This document shows, piece after piece, positions 45,821 to 56,531 of a stretch of DNA of 64,000 nucleotides. Positions within the stretch are counted from its first letter, which is position 1. Every line of letters begins with the position of its first letter. Location of the stretch: NCBI GenBank assembly GCA_040394635.1, contig JBEBRW010000010.1, positions 39,340-103,339 on the forward strand, given 5' to 3'. A program made the translations under genes and the position numbers. Under the pieces are notes generated by a model that was given only the letters and a program-made list of their open reading frames with translations, made no database searches and was not told the origin of the DNA. The stretch is from Victivallis vadensis (GTDB taxonomy: Bacteria > Verrucomicrobiota > Lentisphaeria > Victivallales > Victivallaceae).

Positions 45821-47201
45821 TGGTTTGGAATTATTGAAACCCCTGTGGGCCCTCAAGCCCGCCGGGGTCACCAATGATTCGCGCCAAGTCAAGCCCGGTT
45901 TCGCCTTTATCGCCATCCCCGGAGCCCAGATCGACGGCCATGACTTCATTGCTCAGGCCATACAGAACGGCGCCATCGCAATCGTCTGCAGCCGCGATAT
46001 TCCCCTCCCGGAAAATATCTGTGCCGTCAAGGTGCCGGACGCCTATCTGGCCTATGCGCTGATGTGCGAGCACTTTTATGGCTTCCCTGCGAGCAAATTC
46101 AAACTGCACTGCATTACCGGGACCAATGGCAAAACCACCTCGGCATATCTGCTGCGCGAAATATTGAGCGCCGTCGGGCATTCCTGCGGGTTGATCTCCA
46201 CCATCAAATACGCGTTCGGCGCTTACGAATGCGAGGCGGCCCGGACCACCCCCGCCGCCGATGAACTGCAACTGCTGTTCCGGCAAATGGCCGATTCCGG
46301 CTGTACCGATGTGGTCATGGAGGCCTCCAGCCACGGCCTGAGCCAGCACCGCTTCGGGCATCCCGATATCGATATCGCGCTTTTCACCAACCTGACGCAG
46401 GACCATCTGGACTACCACCTGACCATGGAAAACTATTTTCAGGCGAAAAAGACGCTGTTCACCGATTACAACGCCAAGCACAAAATCGTCAATATCGATG
46501 ATCCCTACGGCGCGCGGCTGGCGGCCGAGGTTCCCGGCGTCACGACGTTCGGTACTTCGCCGGATGCCCATTTCCGGATCAGCGATATCGGGCTGAACGC
46601 CTCCGGCGGCACCTTCCGGCTGAACAACGAACCGATCGAATGCCACCTGCCGGGCGCACACAACATCTACAATCTCACCGGCGTGCTGGCGGCCGCCGAG
46701 CGGAAAGGAATTCCCGCCCTCAAAGCGGCGGGATTCGCCAGTAATATCCGGGTCGACGGCCGGCTGGAGCATTTTGAGATCAACGGCGCTCATTTTTACG
46801 TGGACTATGCCCACACGCCGGACGCCCTGGAAAGCGTGTTGAAACTGTTGAAAAAGATTGTTTCCGGCAGGCTCATCACCGTCTTCGGCTGCGGCGGGCA
46901 CCGCGACCGCGGCAAGCGCCCTTTGATGGGCGAAATCGCCGCCCGGCTGTCCGATCTGGTCATCGTCACCAGTGACAATCCGCGCGACGAAGATCCGGCG
47001 GACATCATCAATGATATCCTGAAAGGCTGCCCGGACGCCATGACCGAACCCGACCGCGGCAAGGCCATCGAACAGGCCGTGAAGCTCTCGCGTCCTGCCG
47101 ATATTATACTTATCGCCGGCAAGGGCCACGAAAACTATCAGGAGTCCAACGGCCTCAAAATTCACTTCGATGATCGCGAAGAACTGCGTAAATACATTTG
47201 A
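45798..47201 (+). CDS. murE: UDP-N-acetylmuramoyl-L-alanyl-D-glutamate--2,6-diaminopimelate ligase
   Basis: ITGTNGKTT and the DNPR motif (SDNPRDEDP). The start is ATG 45798 or GTG 45792. Confidence 0.9.
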   Translation: MLQPCFSDGLELLKPLWALKPAGVTNDSRQVKPGFAFIAIPGAQIDGHDFIAQAIQNGAIAIVCSRDIPLPENICAVKVPDAYLAYALMCEHFYGFPASKFKLHCITGTNGKTTSAYLLREILSAVGHSCGLISTIKYAFGAYECEAARTTPAADELQLLFRQMADSGCTDVVMEASSHGLSQHRFGHPDIDIALFTNLTQDHLDYHLTMENYFQAKKTLFTDYNAKHKIVNIDDPYGARLAAEVPGVTTFGTSPDAHFRISDIGLNASGGTFRLNNEPIECHLPGAHNIYNLTGVLAAAERKGIPALKAAGFASNIRVDGRLEHFEINGAHFYVDYAHTPDALESVLKLLKKIVSGRLITVFGCGGHRDRGKRPLMGEIAARLSDLVIVTSDNPRDEDPADIINDILKGCPDAMTEPDRGKAIEQAVKLSRPADIILIAGKGHENYQESNGLKIHFDDREELRKYI

Positions 47202-47299
47202 TTTTTTCATATTACAGCACAACTGAAATTTGAAAGATACAAATATTATGATACTTTTATAGGCAGGAATTCACGCGTATGTGGATAAGGAGGTGAATT

Positions 47300-47827
47300 A
47301 TGTTCAGTGAGAATCGAGACGATCTCCAATTTGACTGGTGCATGATTGGAGATATCGAGGACGGACGCCCCACGCTTGGGAGCACCATGTCCGTAGCAGT
47401 GTACCGTTTGATGCAGTTTACAATTCGCGATGTTCTGGTCCGTGATTACGGGTTGAAGGTCGCCGACCGCGTCTTCTACCTCGCGGGCAAAAAAAGCGGA
47501 GAGGAATTTTTCCGGGCGAATCTGGCCGAATGCAAAAGCTTCAATGAGCTGGTGGCCAAGATCGAAGAACTGTTCCTGATGCTGAAAATCGGTATTTTCC
47601 GGGTGGAAGGCGCCAATATAGAGCGCAATGAATTTGTCTTCACTGTCGCCGAGGACCTCGATTGTTCCGGGCTCCCGGAGAACAATGAGACCATTTGCAC
47701 TTACGACGAAGGCTTGCTCGCGGGCATCCTGCTGGGCTTCACCGGCAAAGAATTCACCGTGCGCGAAATCGATTGCTGGTGCTCCGGCGACCGCATCTGC
47801 CGCTTCGAAGTAAAAATGCTCAAATAA
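47300..47827 (+). CDS. V4R-domain protein
   Basis: The C-terminal pattern DCSG...C.YDEGLLAGIL.G..G....V.E..C..SGD..C.F matches V4R. The RBS is AAGGAGGTG. Confidence 0.7.
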   Translation: MFSENRDDLQFDWCMIGDIEDGRPTLGSTMSVAVYRLMQFTIRDVLVRDYGLKVADRVFYLAGKKSGEEFFRANLAECKSFNELVAKIEELFLMLKIGIFRVEGANIERNEFVFTVAEDLDCSGLPENNETICTYDEGLLAGILLGFTGKEFTVREIDCWCSGDRICRFEVKMLK

Positions 47828-49190
47828 GTTTGCCGCGCCAGTAATCGATTCTGGATTTGACGGTGTTGTAGCCGGTGGCGCCGGGTATTTCGCGCTTGCG
47901 GATGCTCTCGGCAGGATCGAACAAGGTCAGGAATTCCGGGGTTGCCTCCGGGATGCTGATGCGCATTTCGTCCAGTGTGACTTCGTTCAAAGCCTTGCTG
48001 TGGTCACGACACCATTTGACCAGGGCTCCGACCTTGTGATGGGCGGTACGGAACGGCACCTGGAGCTTTACCAGTTCGTCCGCCAGGTCGGTGGCCATCA
48101 GGGCCGGGTCGGAGGCGGCGGCGAGCATGCGCTTGGCGTTGATTTTCATGGTGCCGATCATCGGCGGGTAAACTTTCAGGATCATGACGACGGTATCGAC
48201 GGCGTCGAACACCGGCTCCTTGTCTTCCTGCAGGTCGCGGTTGTACGTCAGCGGCAGCCCTTTGCAGAGTGTGAGCAGCGAGACGAGATCGCCGTAAACT
48301 CTGGCGGTCTTGCCGCGGGAGAGCTCGGCCACGTCGGGGTTTTTCTTCTGCGGCATTAAGCTCGAACCGGTGGTAAAGGCATCGTCCAGTTCGACGAAGC
48401 CGAACTCCTGCGAACACCACAGGATCAAATCCTCGGACAAACGAGAGACGTGCATGGCGAAAACCGACAGCGCACTCAAGAGTTCAATCGCGAAATCGCG
48501 ATCCGCCACGGCGTCCATACTGTTGGCGGTCAGCGCGTCGAAACCGAGTTTTTCGCGGACGAATTCGCGGTCGATCGGCAGCGTAGTCCCGGCGATTGCA
48601 CCGGAACCGAGCGGCATCACATTCATGCGTTTGCGGCAATCTTCCAGCCGGCCGATATCGCGCGCCAGCATCTCCACATATGCCAGCAAGTGGTGCGCAT
48701 ACAGCACCGGCTGGGCGTGCTGCAGGTGGGTGAAACCCGGCATGATCGCCGTCGGGTTGGCCTCGCACTGGGAGAGCAGCGCCCGCTGGAAATCGCGGAT
48801 CATGTCGGTAATCAGGGTAATCTGGTCACGCAAGTACAAGCGGATATCCAGCGCGACCTGGTCGTTGCGGCTGCGGGCGGTGTGCACGCGTGCACCTTCG
48901 GCACCGATGGCTTCCGTCAGGGCGCTTTCGATATGCATATGGATGTCTTCGAGCTCGACGCTGAAGGTGAAATCACCGGCATCGATACGCTTCTCGATTT
49001 TATCCAGCCCGGCGCTGATTTCTTCGGCGGTCCGCTGCGGGATAATCCCCTGTTTCGCCAGCATCGCCGCGTGGGCCTTGCTGCCCATGATATCATATTT
49101 ATAGAGCCTTTTGTCGAACGACACCGACTCCGAAAACGCCTGCATGTCTTTGTCCGTCCCGCTGCTGAACCTGCCGCCCCACATTGCCAT
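47820..49190 (-). CDS. argH: Argininosuccinate lyase
   Basis: MWGGRFS N-terminus and fumarate-lyase signature GSSLMPQKKNPD. Confidence 0.95.
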   Translation of the reverse strand: MAMWGGRFSSGTDKDMQAFSESVSFDKRLYKYDIMGSKAHAAMLAKQGIIPQRTAEEISAGLDKIEKRIDAGDFTFSVELEDIHMHIESALTEAIGAEGARVHTARSRNDQVALDIRLYLRDQITLITDMIRDFQRALLSQCEANPTAIMPGFTHLQHAQPVLYAHHLLAYVEMLARDIGRLEDCRKRMNVMPLGSGAIAGTTLPIDREFVREKLGFDALTANSMDAVADRDFAIELLSALSVFAMHVSRLSEDLILWCSQEFGFVELDDAFTTGSSLMPQKKNPDVAELSRGKTARVYGDLVSLLTLCKGLPLTYNRDLQEDKEPVFDAVDTVVMILKVYPPMIGTMKINAKRMLAAASDPALMATDLADELVKLQVPFRTAHHKVGALVKWCRDHSKALNEVTLDEMRISIPEATPEFLTLFDPAESIRKREIPGATGYNTVKSRIDYWRGKLI

Positions 49191-49230
49191 AATATCTGAT
49201 CCTTACATTAGTTGAAAAATCCGGGTCGCT

Positions 49231-49338
49231 CCCGCCAAAAAGTTTTGATAGGACGAATGGGACGAATAGGACATATAGGAAAGTCCAAAGTTTTGTCCGA
49301 CTTGTCCGACCCGTCCGACTTGTCCGAGTTTTGGCGGG
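49231..49338 (+). repeat. Full intergenic element with an outer 10-bp stem (CCCGCCAAAA / TTTTGGCGGG), a GGAC-periodic arm and a GTCCGAC-periodic arm
   Basis: The left arm is tttgataggacgaatgggacgaataggacatatagga (49244..49280). The right arm is tgtccgact tgtccgacc cgtccgact tgtccgagt (49294..49329). Confidence 0.85.
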
Positions 49339-49434
49339 GCGCTACCTGCTATAAAATACGCTGTTTGCAGGATTTTTCAACTTTCAATTTGCATTTATCC
49401 GCTTAGACCCTTAAATTTATCTTATGGAGAATTT

Positions 49435-50451
49435 TTGAAAATGAAAATAAATACACTTATTATTGCCGCCGGAGTCCTGGGCACACTTCTTTTGAGCGGC
49501 TGCTTCTCGCCCAAACCGCAGAAACAGGTGCATCAGATTACCGAGCGCACCCGGCCGAAAACCCTGACCCGCGACTATATGATCAAAAACAACGACCTTC
49601 GCGGCTGGCAGGAAACGGACGACGATGTCATGCGCCGGACCGCTTTCCGCATGTTGATGGACAGCCCCGAGCACCGCATGCCCTCCGCCCGCAAGGGCCT
49701 GACCGACCGCGATCCGGTCATCCGCCGCAGCGCGGTCTACGCCCTCTATGAGACCGATCACGAAAAGGCCCTGCCCGAAATCACCAAACTGGGCAAGGAC
49801 CCCGATTACAACGTCCGCTACATGGTGGCGCTTTGCGCGGCCGCGCTGGCCAAGGAAAACAGCGCCGAAGCCATGCTTTACCTCGAAAACACCGCCAAGC
49901 TCGACAGCGATCCCCGCATCCGCCAGTTCGCCACCCGTTCAGCCTGGCCGTATTACCGCGACACCAAGCTCCTGCGCGACAAAACCTCCGGCAGCCAGCA
50001 GGTCACCGTCGTCAACTCCATTAAACTCCCGGTCGAAAACTGGAAATTCCAACTCGACCCGAGCCAGAACGGCCACATGGAAGGCTGGCAGCAGACCGAC
50101 TTCGACGCCGCCGAATGGAACGTCATCGACATCGGTCCGTGGCAGGATCAGGGCGTGGGCAATTACCACGGCGCCGCCTGGTACCGCATTCAATTCAATA
50201 TGCCCGAGCAGATCGAATGCAAAGCCGTCGAACTCGACTTTGCCGGAATCGAAGACAGCGCCTGGGTCTGGCTCAACGGCGTCTATATCGGGCAGTACGA
50301 CCTGGGTAAAAAAGGCGGCGCCAAAGCCTTCCGGCTCGATGCCACCCAGGAAATCCGTTGGAACGCCGAAAACCTGCTGGTCGTACGCGTAGTCAACAAC
50401 GCCGGCAAGGGCGGCATCGTCAAACCCGTCTCGGTCGACGTCCTGAAGTAA
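49435..50451 (+). CDS. Lipoprotein with HEAT-like repeats and a C-terminal galactose-binding-like (GH2 N-terminal-type) domain
   Basis: Lipobox LLLSGC. HEAT-like DRDPVIRRSAVYAL and DSDPRIRQFA. C-terminal HGAAWYRIQF...FAGIEDSAWVWLNGVYIGQ. Confidence 0.7.
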   Translation: MKMKINTLIIAAGVLGTLLLSGCFSPKPQKQVHQITERTRPKTLTRDYMIKNNDLRGWQETDDDVMRRTAFRMLMDSPEHRMPSARKGLTDRDPVIRRSAVYALYETDHEKALPEITKLGKDPDYNVRYMVALCAAALAKENSAEAMLYLENTAKLDSDPRIRQFATRSAWPYYRDTKLLRDKTSGSQQVTVVNSIKLPVENWKFQLDPSQNGHMEGWQQTDFDAAEWNVIDIGPWQDQGVGNYHGAAWYRIQFNMPEQIECKAVELDFAGIEDSAWVWLNGVYIGQYDLGKKGGAKAFRLDATQEIRWNAENLLVVRVVNNAGKGGIVKPVSVDVLK

Positions 50452-50453
50452 CC

Positions 50454-52835
50454 TCAGGGTTTGGCGAGCACTTCAAGCCGCACCAGGCCTTTTTTGAAGT
50501 CGATGCGGCGCTGGATTGTCACGGCCTCATCGGAGTCGAGCGTCAGCGGCTGGGCTTCCCCCAGCCGGGACATGCCGCTTTGACTCAATGTAGCGCCCCG
50601 GCCCCAGAACCTCAGCCGGATCGCCTCCCGCGCGAGCCACTCACTGCCCCCGCTCTCGTCAATCACGTCACCGGTTTCAACGCGATAACTGTCATGCTTC
50701 GATGTCGTCGGCGTCATGACCAGAGGAAACAGCATTGTTTTCCCCGCGAGTTTGCCGGTAACCAGGTACTGAAAACCCGCCGCCGGCTTGTATCCGCCCC
50801 TCGGGCGCTGCTCCGGTTCAAAACTGCGCTCCACCTCGAACCGCAGCAAACCGTCTTCGCCAGGTTCTCCGGTAAACTCAATCGTCCACAGCATTTCCGG
50901 CGGGAAGTTCTCCGGCGCGGCCTTGTAAAGTTTCATCGCGCACCCCGACCATTCCCGGGTTCCCTTCAGCTCCTGCAACAGCTTGCCGGCTTCTTCCGCC
51001 GCCGCCCGGCGGGCGTCGTCCTTCAACTTGCCGAGCTCGGCCAGGCGCGCTTCAAATGCCAATTTCTTCTCACTGTCGCCCTGATACTGAACCTCAAAAA
51101 CAAGCTGCTTTTTATCCGGTTGAACATGACTGAAAACCGTCATTGCATAATTCTCCGTCAAACCATTGTCTTCGGAGTCGACCCGCCGGGTTCCCCAGGA
51201 GTACGGCCAGAACCGTTCCACCTGCGAACCGAATTTTTCACGTCGGAATCCGATCACCTGCATATCCCTGCCCAGGTTTTCGAGGGTCACGCCGTAGTGG
51301 CTCGAGCCGTCGTACTGCCGAATGAATTGCCCGGGATGCTCCGGGTCCGGCAACACCCCGACATTCAACAGCAAATCCCGAAACCTCTCCTTCTCAAACC
51401 GCAGCACAAAGACTTTGCGAAACTTGGTGACGTCCGCCAGCGGCAGCTCGACGACTTCCCGGGCCGTACCCGCCGCCGGCAAAGTAATGATGCACAAGCG
51501 GTCCCCCAGCGCCGCATACAAATCATTCCGCAATGTTTCCCATTTCTCGCTGAACTGAAAAAGCGAACTGATGTAACTATTGTAATTGAGGTCGCCCTGA
51601 TAATCGGCCACCACATCATTGGCGAGGCGGCGGAACTCCGCACCGACTACCGGCATGAGCTCCGCCGATGATCCCGCCGTTTCCAGCGCCCGCAGCCGGA
51701 GCGCCGCGGACGGCTTCGGCTGCAGCGCGAAGAATTTTTCCGCCAATTCGCGGCGCTCCTTCAAGTCTTTCACACCACTCAGCCCGCGCGACAGAACGAA
51801 GACCCGCAAATCGTTTTCCCGCAGCCAATCAGCCAATTCCGCGCCGAAATCGGGTATGCCCGGCCTCCGCCAAACGACCAGAGCCTGCGAGAACTCGATC
51901 GGAGCACCGTCGATGCCATAACGTTTCTGACCGGGTATCCGCCACCAGTACAACTCTGCCCCGCTTTCACCGTACGGTTTGCTCTCGAAAATACGAATAT
52001 CGTTCTGGTATCTCATTTCGTTCAGCAGCAAGCCACGCTCCGCCAGCGCAGCGCTCACCGCCGCCAGGTCGCTCTCCCAATTGCCTTTGGTAAACGTGTA
52101 CAACTCATCGCTTTCGCCATTGATGTCGTCTGAGGACACCAGCTTGCGCCACCCGGCCACGCCCGGTACTTCCAAATCATCATCGGATAAAAGCGCCGGA
52201 CGGAAACGTTCGGGAATTTCCGGCAACCGGACCGCATCGGGACCACGGAAACGCCCCAATGCAGGATTCAGCTTCTCCACGATATCGCTCGCCACCCGCT
52301 TGACCCCGGCTTCGTCCGAATCCCGGCTGACCATGGTTATGATCATAAAATTGTACTCAAAGTCCGGCATGGCAATATAGCGGCCCCGGCCTGAGTGTAA
52401 ACTGTCCGGCCGCAGCAGGCGCAGCATGTAGGCCGGTTTGCCGTTATAAGTTTTCTCCGTCTCCGGCGAAAACATGCTTGCCCGCGGCCTCACGACCGGC
52501 CCCATCTCCTGGTTCGTGAACAGGCCGCGCCCGAGCCAGAATGCGATTGCCCGTTTGCGGTCGTAAGATTGAGCCGGCGCACCGTAGGGGATCACCTCAC
52601 ACGGCTGGGGCAGTTCCTGCGCCAGGGCGGCGGCCACCGCCGCCGTTTCCGGCCCCGGTGACCCGGCCAGAATGTATATTTTCTCGAGATAAGGGGTGAT
52701 CTGGTCCCCCCTGCCCCAGGAAAATGTGGTCGAAACCGTCACCGGTGGTGCAGCCTCCGGGACGTCGGAGCATACCCCGGCCCCGCTTGCAATCACCGCC
52801 ACGACCACGGCCATCAGTTTAAAATAACGCTTCAT
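50454..52835 (-). CDS. Large secreted hypothetical protein (793 aa)
   Basis: Signal peptide MKRYFKLMAVVVAVIASGAGVC. Normal composition. The + strand overlapping ORFs are Arg/Pro-rich artefacts. Confidence 0.75.
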   Translation of the reverse strand: MKRYFKLMAVVVAVIASGAGVCSDVPEAAPPVTVSTTFSWGRGDQITPYLEKIYILAGSPGPETAAVAAALAQELPQPCEVIPYGAPAQSYDRKRAIAFWLGRGLFTNQEMGPVVRPRASMFSPETEKTYNGKPAYMLRLLRPDSLHSGRGRYIAMPDFEYNFMIITMVSRDSDEAGVKRVASDIVEKLNPALGRFRGPDAVRLPEIPERFRPALLSDDDLEVPGVAGWRKLVSSDDINGESDELYTFTKGNWESDLAAVSAALAERGLLLNEMRYQNDIRIFESKPYGESGAELYWWRIPGQKRYGIDGAPIEFSQALVVWRRPGIPDFGAELADWLRENDLRVFVLSRGLSGVKDLKERRELAEKFFALQPKPSAALRLRALETAGSSAELMPVVGAEFRRLANDVVADYQGDLNYNSYISSLFQFSEKWETLRNDLYAALGDRLCIITLPAAGTAREVVELPLADVTKFRKVFVLRFEKERFRDLLLNVGVLPDPEHPGQFIRQYDGSSHYGVTLENLGRDMQVIGFRREKFGSQVERFWPYSWGTRRVDSEDNGLTENYAMTVFSHVQPDKKQLVFEVQYQGDSEKKLAFEARLAELGKLKDDARRAAAEEAGKLLQELKGTREWSGCAMKLYKAAPENFPPEMLWTIEFTGEPGEDGLLRFEVERSFEPEQRPRGGYKPAAGFQYLVTGKLAGKTMLFPLVMTPTTSKHDSYRVETGDVIDESGGSEWLAREAIRLRFWGRGATLSQSGMSRLGEAQPLTLDSDEAVTIQRRIDFKKGLVRLEVLAKP

Positions 52836-52998
52836 GACGCCTCCTTGCTTGTTCTCCTATACAAGAATTATAATAATCACCGTTTTACATAAAATCAATA
52901 CGCCGCTGAATAAAATTGGTAATTTATAGATTGATTTTTTGCGCCGAGGCTGTACGTTAATTGCAGAGTAAATTGTGATCCAAACAAGGCAGGGTATT

Positions 52999-54048
52999 AT
53001 GAAAATTTCCATATTGGCGGCGTTATTGCTGGTATCACCGGTGCTGTTTGCACAGCAGGGCGGGGAGAAAATCCGGGTGGCGGTCCTTGATTTCACCACC
53101 ATCGATGTCGAGGGACAGAAGCGGTTCCTGAACCATCAGAATCAGCGAATCGACATCCCCCGCGAATCGACGCTGAACATGGCCGACCACCAGACCATGA
53201 ACAGCATCATGCAGGGCTATGTGCGGATGATCGATGCATGGGATAATTCCGAAACCAACACCGCCAACCGCATCGCGCAAATTCAGAACAACGACCGCGA
53301 ATACGCCAAAACGCTGGAACTCTACCGGATCGTGGTCAAGGGCGAAATGCGCCCGGTCGTGATCGGCGCGGAATACCTCTCCGCCTATCTGGGCAAGCAC
53401 AACGATGTCTTCGCCCCGGTCGACGCCAAGCTGGTCGGAGTCGCCATGGAGAAGCTTGCTGCGCAAAGTGATTTCCCGAAAGATTTCATGCGTAAACTGG
53501 CGGAAGAAAGCGGCGCCACCCACCTGATTTACGGCACCGTGTCCGACATGCGGACCAAGGAAGGCATCTTCAAGGGCTACGGCATCGAAACCCGGTCGCT
53601 GAATTACCAGCTCGACGTCATTCTGAAGGTCGTGGATTTGCGTTCGCAGAGCGTCTGCTACAGCAATATGTACACCGGTACTTACCGCGAGCAGCTCAAG
53701 CCGGGCGCGGTAACCATCGACCACAATAAATTCCAAACCCTGATGACTTCCGCGTTGGAACAAGCCTCCGAAGACATTTACGAGCACGCCAAGCCGGGCC
53801 CGGAGAGCTTGATCAAGGTCCACGTGCCCCCGGTCCGGGTCATCTTCGCCGTCGACGGCGGCAAGGGTTTCAAGCCGGATACCGCCATGATCTACCTGAA
53901 CGGGCAGCAGATCGGCGACTCCACCCGTATTTTCGATATTCTCCCCGGCACTTACCGGATCGAGATCAAGGCCCCCGGCTACAAAACCCAAGCCCTCGAG
54001 GCCACTATAAACGCCGATCAGGCGATCAAGGCCACGCTTGAAAAATAG
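52999..54048 (+). CDS. Secreted LpoB/CsgG-like domain protein with a C-terminal PEGA-like domain (operon gene 1)
   Basis: The ATG at 52999 gives the signal peptide MKISILAALLLVSPVLFAQQ. IRVAVLDFT strand motif. The C-terminal LPGTYRIEIKAPGYKTQ is PEGA-like. Confidence 0.75.
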   Translation: MKISILAALLLVSPVLFAQQGGEKIRVAVLDFTTIDVEGQKRFLNHQNQRIDIPRESTLNMADHQTMNSIMQGYVRMIDAWDNSETNTANRIAQIQNNDREYAKTLELYRIVVKGEMRPVVIGAEYLSAYLGKHNDVFAPVDAKLVGVAMEKLAAQSDFPKDFMRKLAEESGATHLIYGTVSDMRTKEGIFKGYGIETRSLNYQLDVILKVVDLRSQSVCYSNMYTGTYREQLKPGAVTIDHNKFQTLMTSALEQASEDIYEHAKPGPESLIKVHVPPVRVIFAVDGGKGFKPDTAMIYLNGQQIGDSTRIFDILPGTYRIEIKAPGYKTQALEATINADQAIKATLEK

Positions 54049-54059
54049 GAGAACGTTTT

Positions 54060-55058
54060 ATGTTGAAAAAAATTCTGACCGCACTATTTTCCTGCACCCT
54101 GCTGACGCTGGCCGCCGCCGATAAAATCGCCGTGGTCGAACCGGTCGCCAAGGGCGGCGTGAGCCCGCAGGAAATCGAAGCCGTATGGGGCATGCTCGAA
54201 GCCAATATCGGCGGCAATTTCGAAATCATTTCCCGCAGCGCCATCAAGCAGATGCTGACCGAAATCGGCTTCACCGATACCTCCGAGCTGGCCAACCCGA
54301 ACTCCACGCAAAAGGCCAAACTGGGTGAAATCAAAACCGTCAAATACCTCCTGGTGTCGGAAATCAACCGCTTCGGCACCCGTTACAATGTCAATATCTC
54401 GGTGGTGGATTCCTCGACCGGCACACTGGACCCGGACAAGCGCGGCTCCGTCACCGTCGCCAGTTTCGATGAACTGAGCGACAAGCTTACCGACACGCTG
54501 CGCGAGATGGGGCTCGGCCGCCCGGTGGCCCTGTCCGGCCGCGGCGCGCTGCTCGTACCGGTCATCAAACAGGCCAATTCGCCGAAGTACCTGAACGACG
54601 AACTCAATGACCGCCTGCAGGAAATCCTGCTCGATAACGGCATCCGGCTCTACCAGCTGCAGAACATCCGCAAGATCCTGACCACGAACAAAATCGGCAA
54701 TCTCGACGAAGCCGAGCCCGCCATGTATGCCCGGGTGGGCGAACTGCTGCGGGCGGACTACCTGATCCAGCCGGAAATCACCAGATACGACACGCGCATC
54801 AGCAAGGTTTTCGTCAAGGCCTCCAACCGCACGGTCACCAAGTGCATCGGCGACATGAACGGCAGCGTCAAGATCATCAATGCCAAAACTGGCGACATGA
54901 TCGCCAGCGTCACCTTCCGCAACCGGATCGATTTCGGCGATATCAACGACGACACCTCCGACTGGACCGCCGAAGATTACGGCAACTACCTGATCGAAAA
55001 CACCCTCAAGCCGCTTGCCCCGAAAGTTCTGGAAAAGCTCAAGGCCGTGGAGAAATAA
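54060..55058 (+). CDS. Secreted protein with two LpoB/CsgG-like half domains (operon gene 2)
   Basis: Signal peptide LTLAAADK. KIAVVEPVAKG and a second GALLVPVIK module. RBS AGGAGA. Confidence 0.75.
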   Translation: MLKKILTALFSCTLLTLAAADKIAVVEPVAKGGVSPQEIEAVWGMLEANIGGNFEIISRSAIKQMLTEIGFTDTSELANPNSTQKAKLGEIKTVKYLLVSEINRFGTRYNVNISVVDSSTGTLDPDKRGSVTVASFDELSDKLTDTLREMGLGRPVALSGRGALLVPVIKQANSPKYLNDELNDRLQEILLDNGIRLYQLQNIRKILTTNKIGNLDEAEPAMYARVGELLRADYLIQPEITRYDTRISKVFVKASNRTVTKCIGDMNGSVKIINAKTGDMIASVTFRNRIDFGDINDDTSDWTAEDYGNYLIENTLKPLAPKVLEKLKAVEK

Positions 55059-55067
55059 ATCTTCGCT

Positions 55068-56522
55068 ATGAAATGCCGGACCGTCATCTTGCTGACTCTG
55101 GCCGCCGGATCATTCATCTGGAGCGGCTGCTCCAGTGTTGTCAACTCCCATCTGCAAAAAGAAACCATGATGACGGGTTACATGAACGGCAATACCGACC
55201 TTGTGCTCAAGGAGATCGACAGCAAGCTCAAGTCCACCTCCGGCACCGGCGATGAACTGATGTGGGTACTGGAGGCCGGCAGCATGAACTTCAACCTCCG
55301 CAATTACCCGGCCAGCATCGAATATTTCCGCAAGGCCGAGCAACTGGTCACGGAGTACGACGACCGCGCCATGATCAGCCTGCGTGACAGCGGCTCCGAG
55401 GCCCTCATGGCCGTGACCAACCTCAATGCCCTGCCCTACCGCGGGTTCTGCCGCGACCGGATTCTCCTTTCATTCTTCAAGGCCCTCGCCTACCTCGGCG
55501 AAAACAACGAGGAGGCGTTCAGCGCCCAGCTCCGCCGCATGCGCGACGAGCAGAAAAAAGTCATGGAGGATTACCAGAAATTTTTCGACGCCGAACAGGA
55601 GGCCGTCCGCCAGACCCGCGCCGACAACCGGGACGTGGCCAAAGCCCTCAATTCCACCAATGAGAAAACCATCACTTCCAATGTCGACAACCAGGAATTC
55701 ATGAGCGCCCTGAATCAGACGAAGCAAATCGCCAACCATGCCTACGGCGATTTCCTCAATCCGGCGGCGCTCTTTCTCTCCGCGCTCGGCTCGCTCCGCG
55801 ACAATCTTTATGATAATGCCGTCATCGACTTCCGCCGCTTCTACGAAGCCATGCCGGCGAATCCGCTCGCCCGCCAGTATTATGTCACCGCGCTGAAACT
55901 GGCCGGACAGGAAGTTCCGGCGGAACTGGCCCAGGTCCCGCCATTCGATTTCCCGCTGAACTCGGATTGCGTCCACGTGATTTTCGCCAACGGGCGCGGC
56001 CCGGCCTTCCGTCAGGTCGCCATTTACCTGCCGGTGATGACCGCCTGGCCCGTCTGCGAATACTATCAGAGCCCCTACAGCCGCTTCCGGGTAATCGCCG
56101 GCGGCAAGGCTTACGACAGCGTGCAGATCGCCGACATGGACGCGATTATTTCGCAGGAGTACAACCAGCGGCTGCCGGGCATGATCACCCGCATCGTCAT
56201 CAGTACCGCCATCAAGGAAGCGGCGCACTATACCGCCACCGCGCTGGCGGCGCATGAGGATGAACTCGCGGGCGCGCTGGTTTTCGCCGGCGGGCTCATT
56301 TACAAAATGATCTTCAATACCGCCGACACCCGCAGCTGGGAAATCCTGCCGAAGGAATTCCAGCTGACGCAGTTTCCGATGCCGCCCGGCCGCAAATTCG
56401 TCATCGAAAGCCCCTACCGCGAGATCACCCTGCCGGAGAATTACCGCTCCGCCATTATCTATGTAAATACCCCGAGCCGGGGATTTTCCACCGTAAATGT
56501 TTTCGGATTTAACTCAAAATAG
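55068..56522 (+). CDS. TPR-like lipoprotein of unknown function (operon gene 3)
   Basis: Lipobox IWSGCSS, 484 aa, helical N-terminal half. It resembles the large lipoprotein that precedes YcfL/LpoB-like genes in other bacteria (memory). Confidence 0.75.
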   Translation: MKCRTVILLTLAAGSFIWSGCSSVVNSHLQKETMMTGYMNGNTDLVLKEIDSKLKSTSGTGDELMWVLEAGSMNFNLRNYPASIEYFRKAEQLVTEYDDRAMISLRDSGSEALMAVTNLNALPYRGFCRDRILLSFFKALAYLGENNEEAFSAQLRRMRDEQKKVMEDYQKFFDAEQEAVRQTRADNRDVAKALNSTNEKTITSNVDNQEFMSALNQTKQIANHAYGDFLNPAALFLSALGSLRDNLYDNAVIDFRRFYEAMPANPLARQYYVTALKLAGQEVPAELAQVPPFDFPLNSDCVHVIFANGRGPAFRQVAIYLPVMTAWPVCEYYQSPYSRFRVIAGGKAYDSVQIADMDAIISQEYNQRLPGMITRIVISTAIKEAAHYTATALAAHEDELAGALVFAGGLIYKMIFNTADTRSWEILPKEFQLTQFPMPPGRKFVIESPYREITLPENYRSAIIYVNTPSRGFSTVNVFGFNSK

Positions 56523-56531
56523 GAGAAAGAT

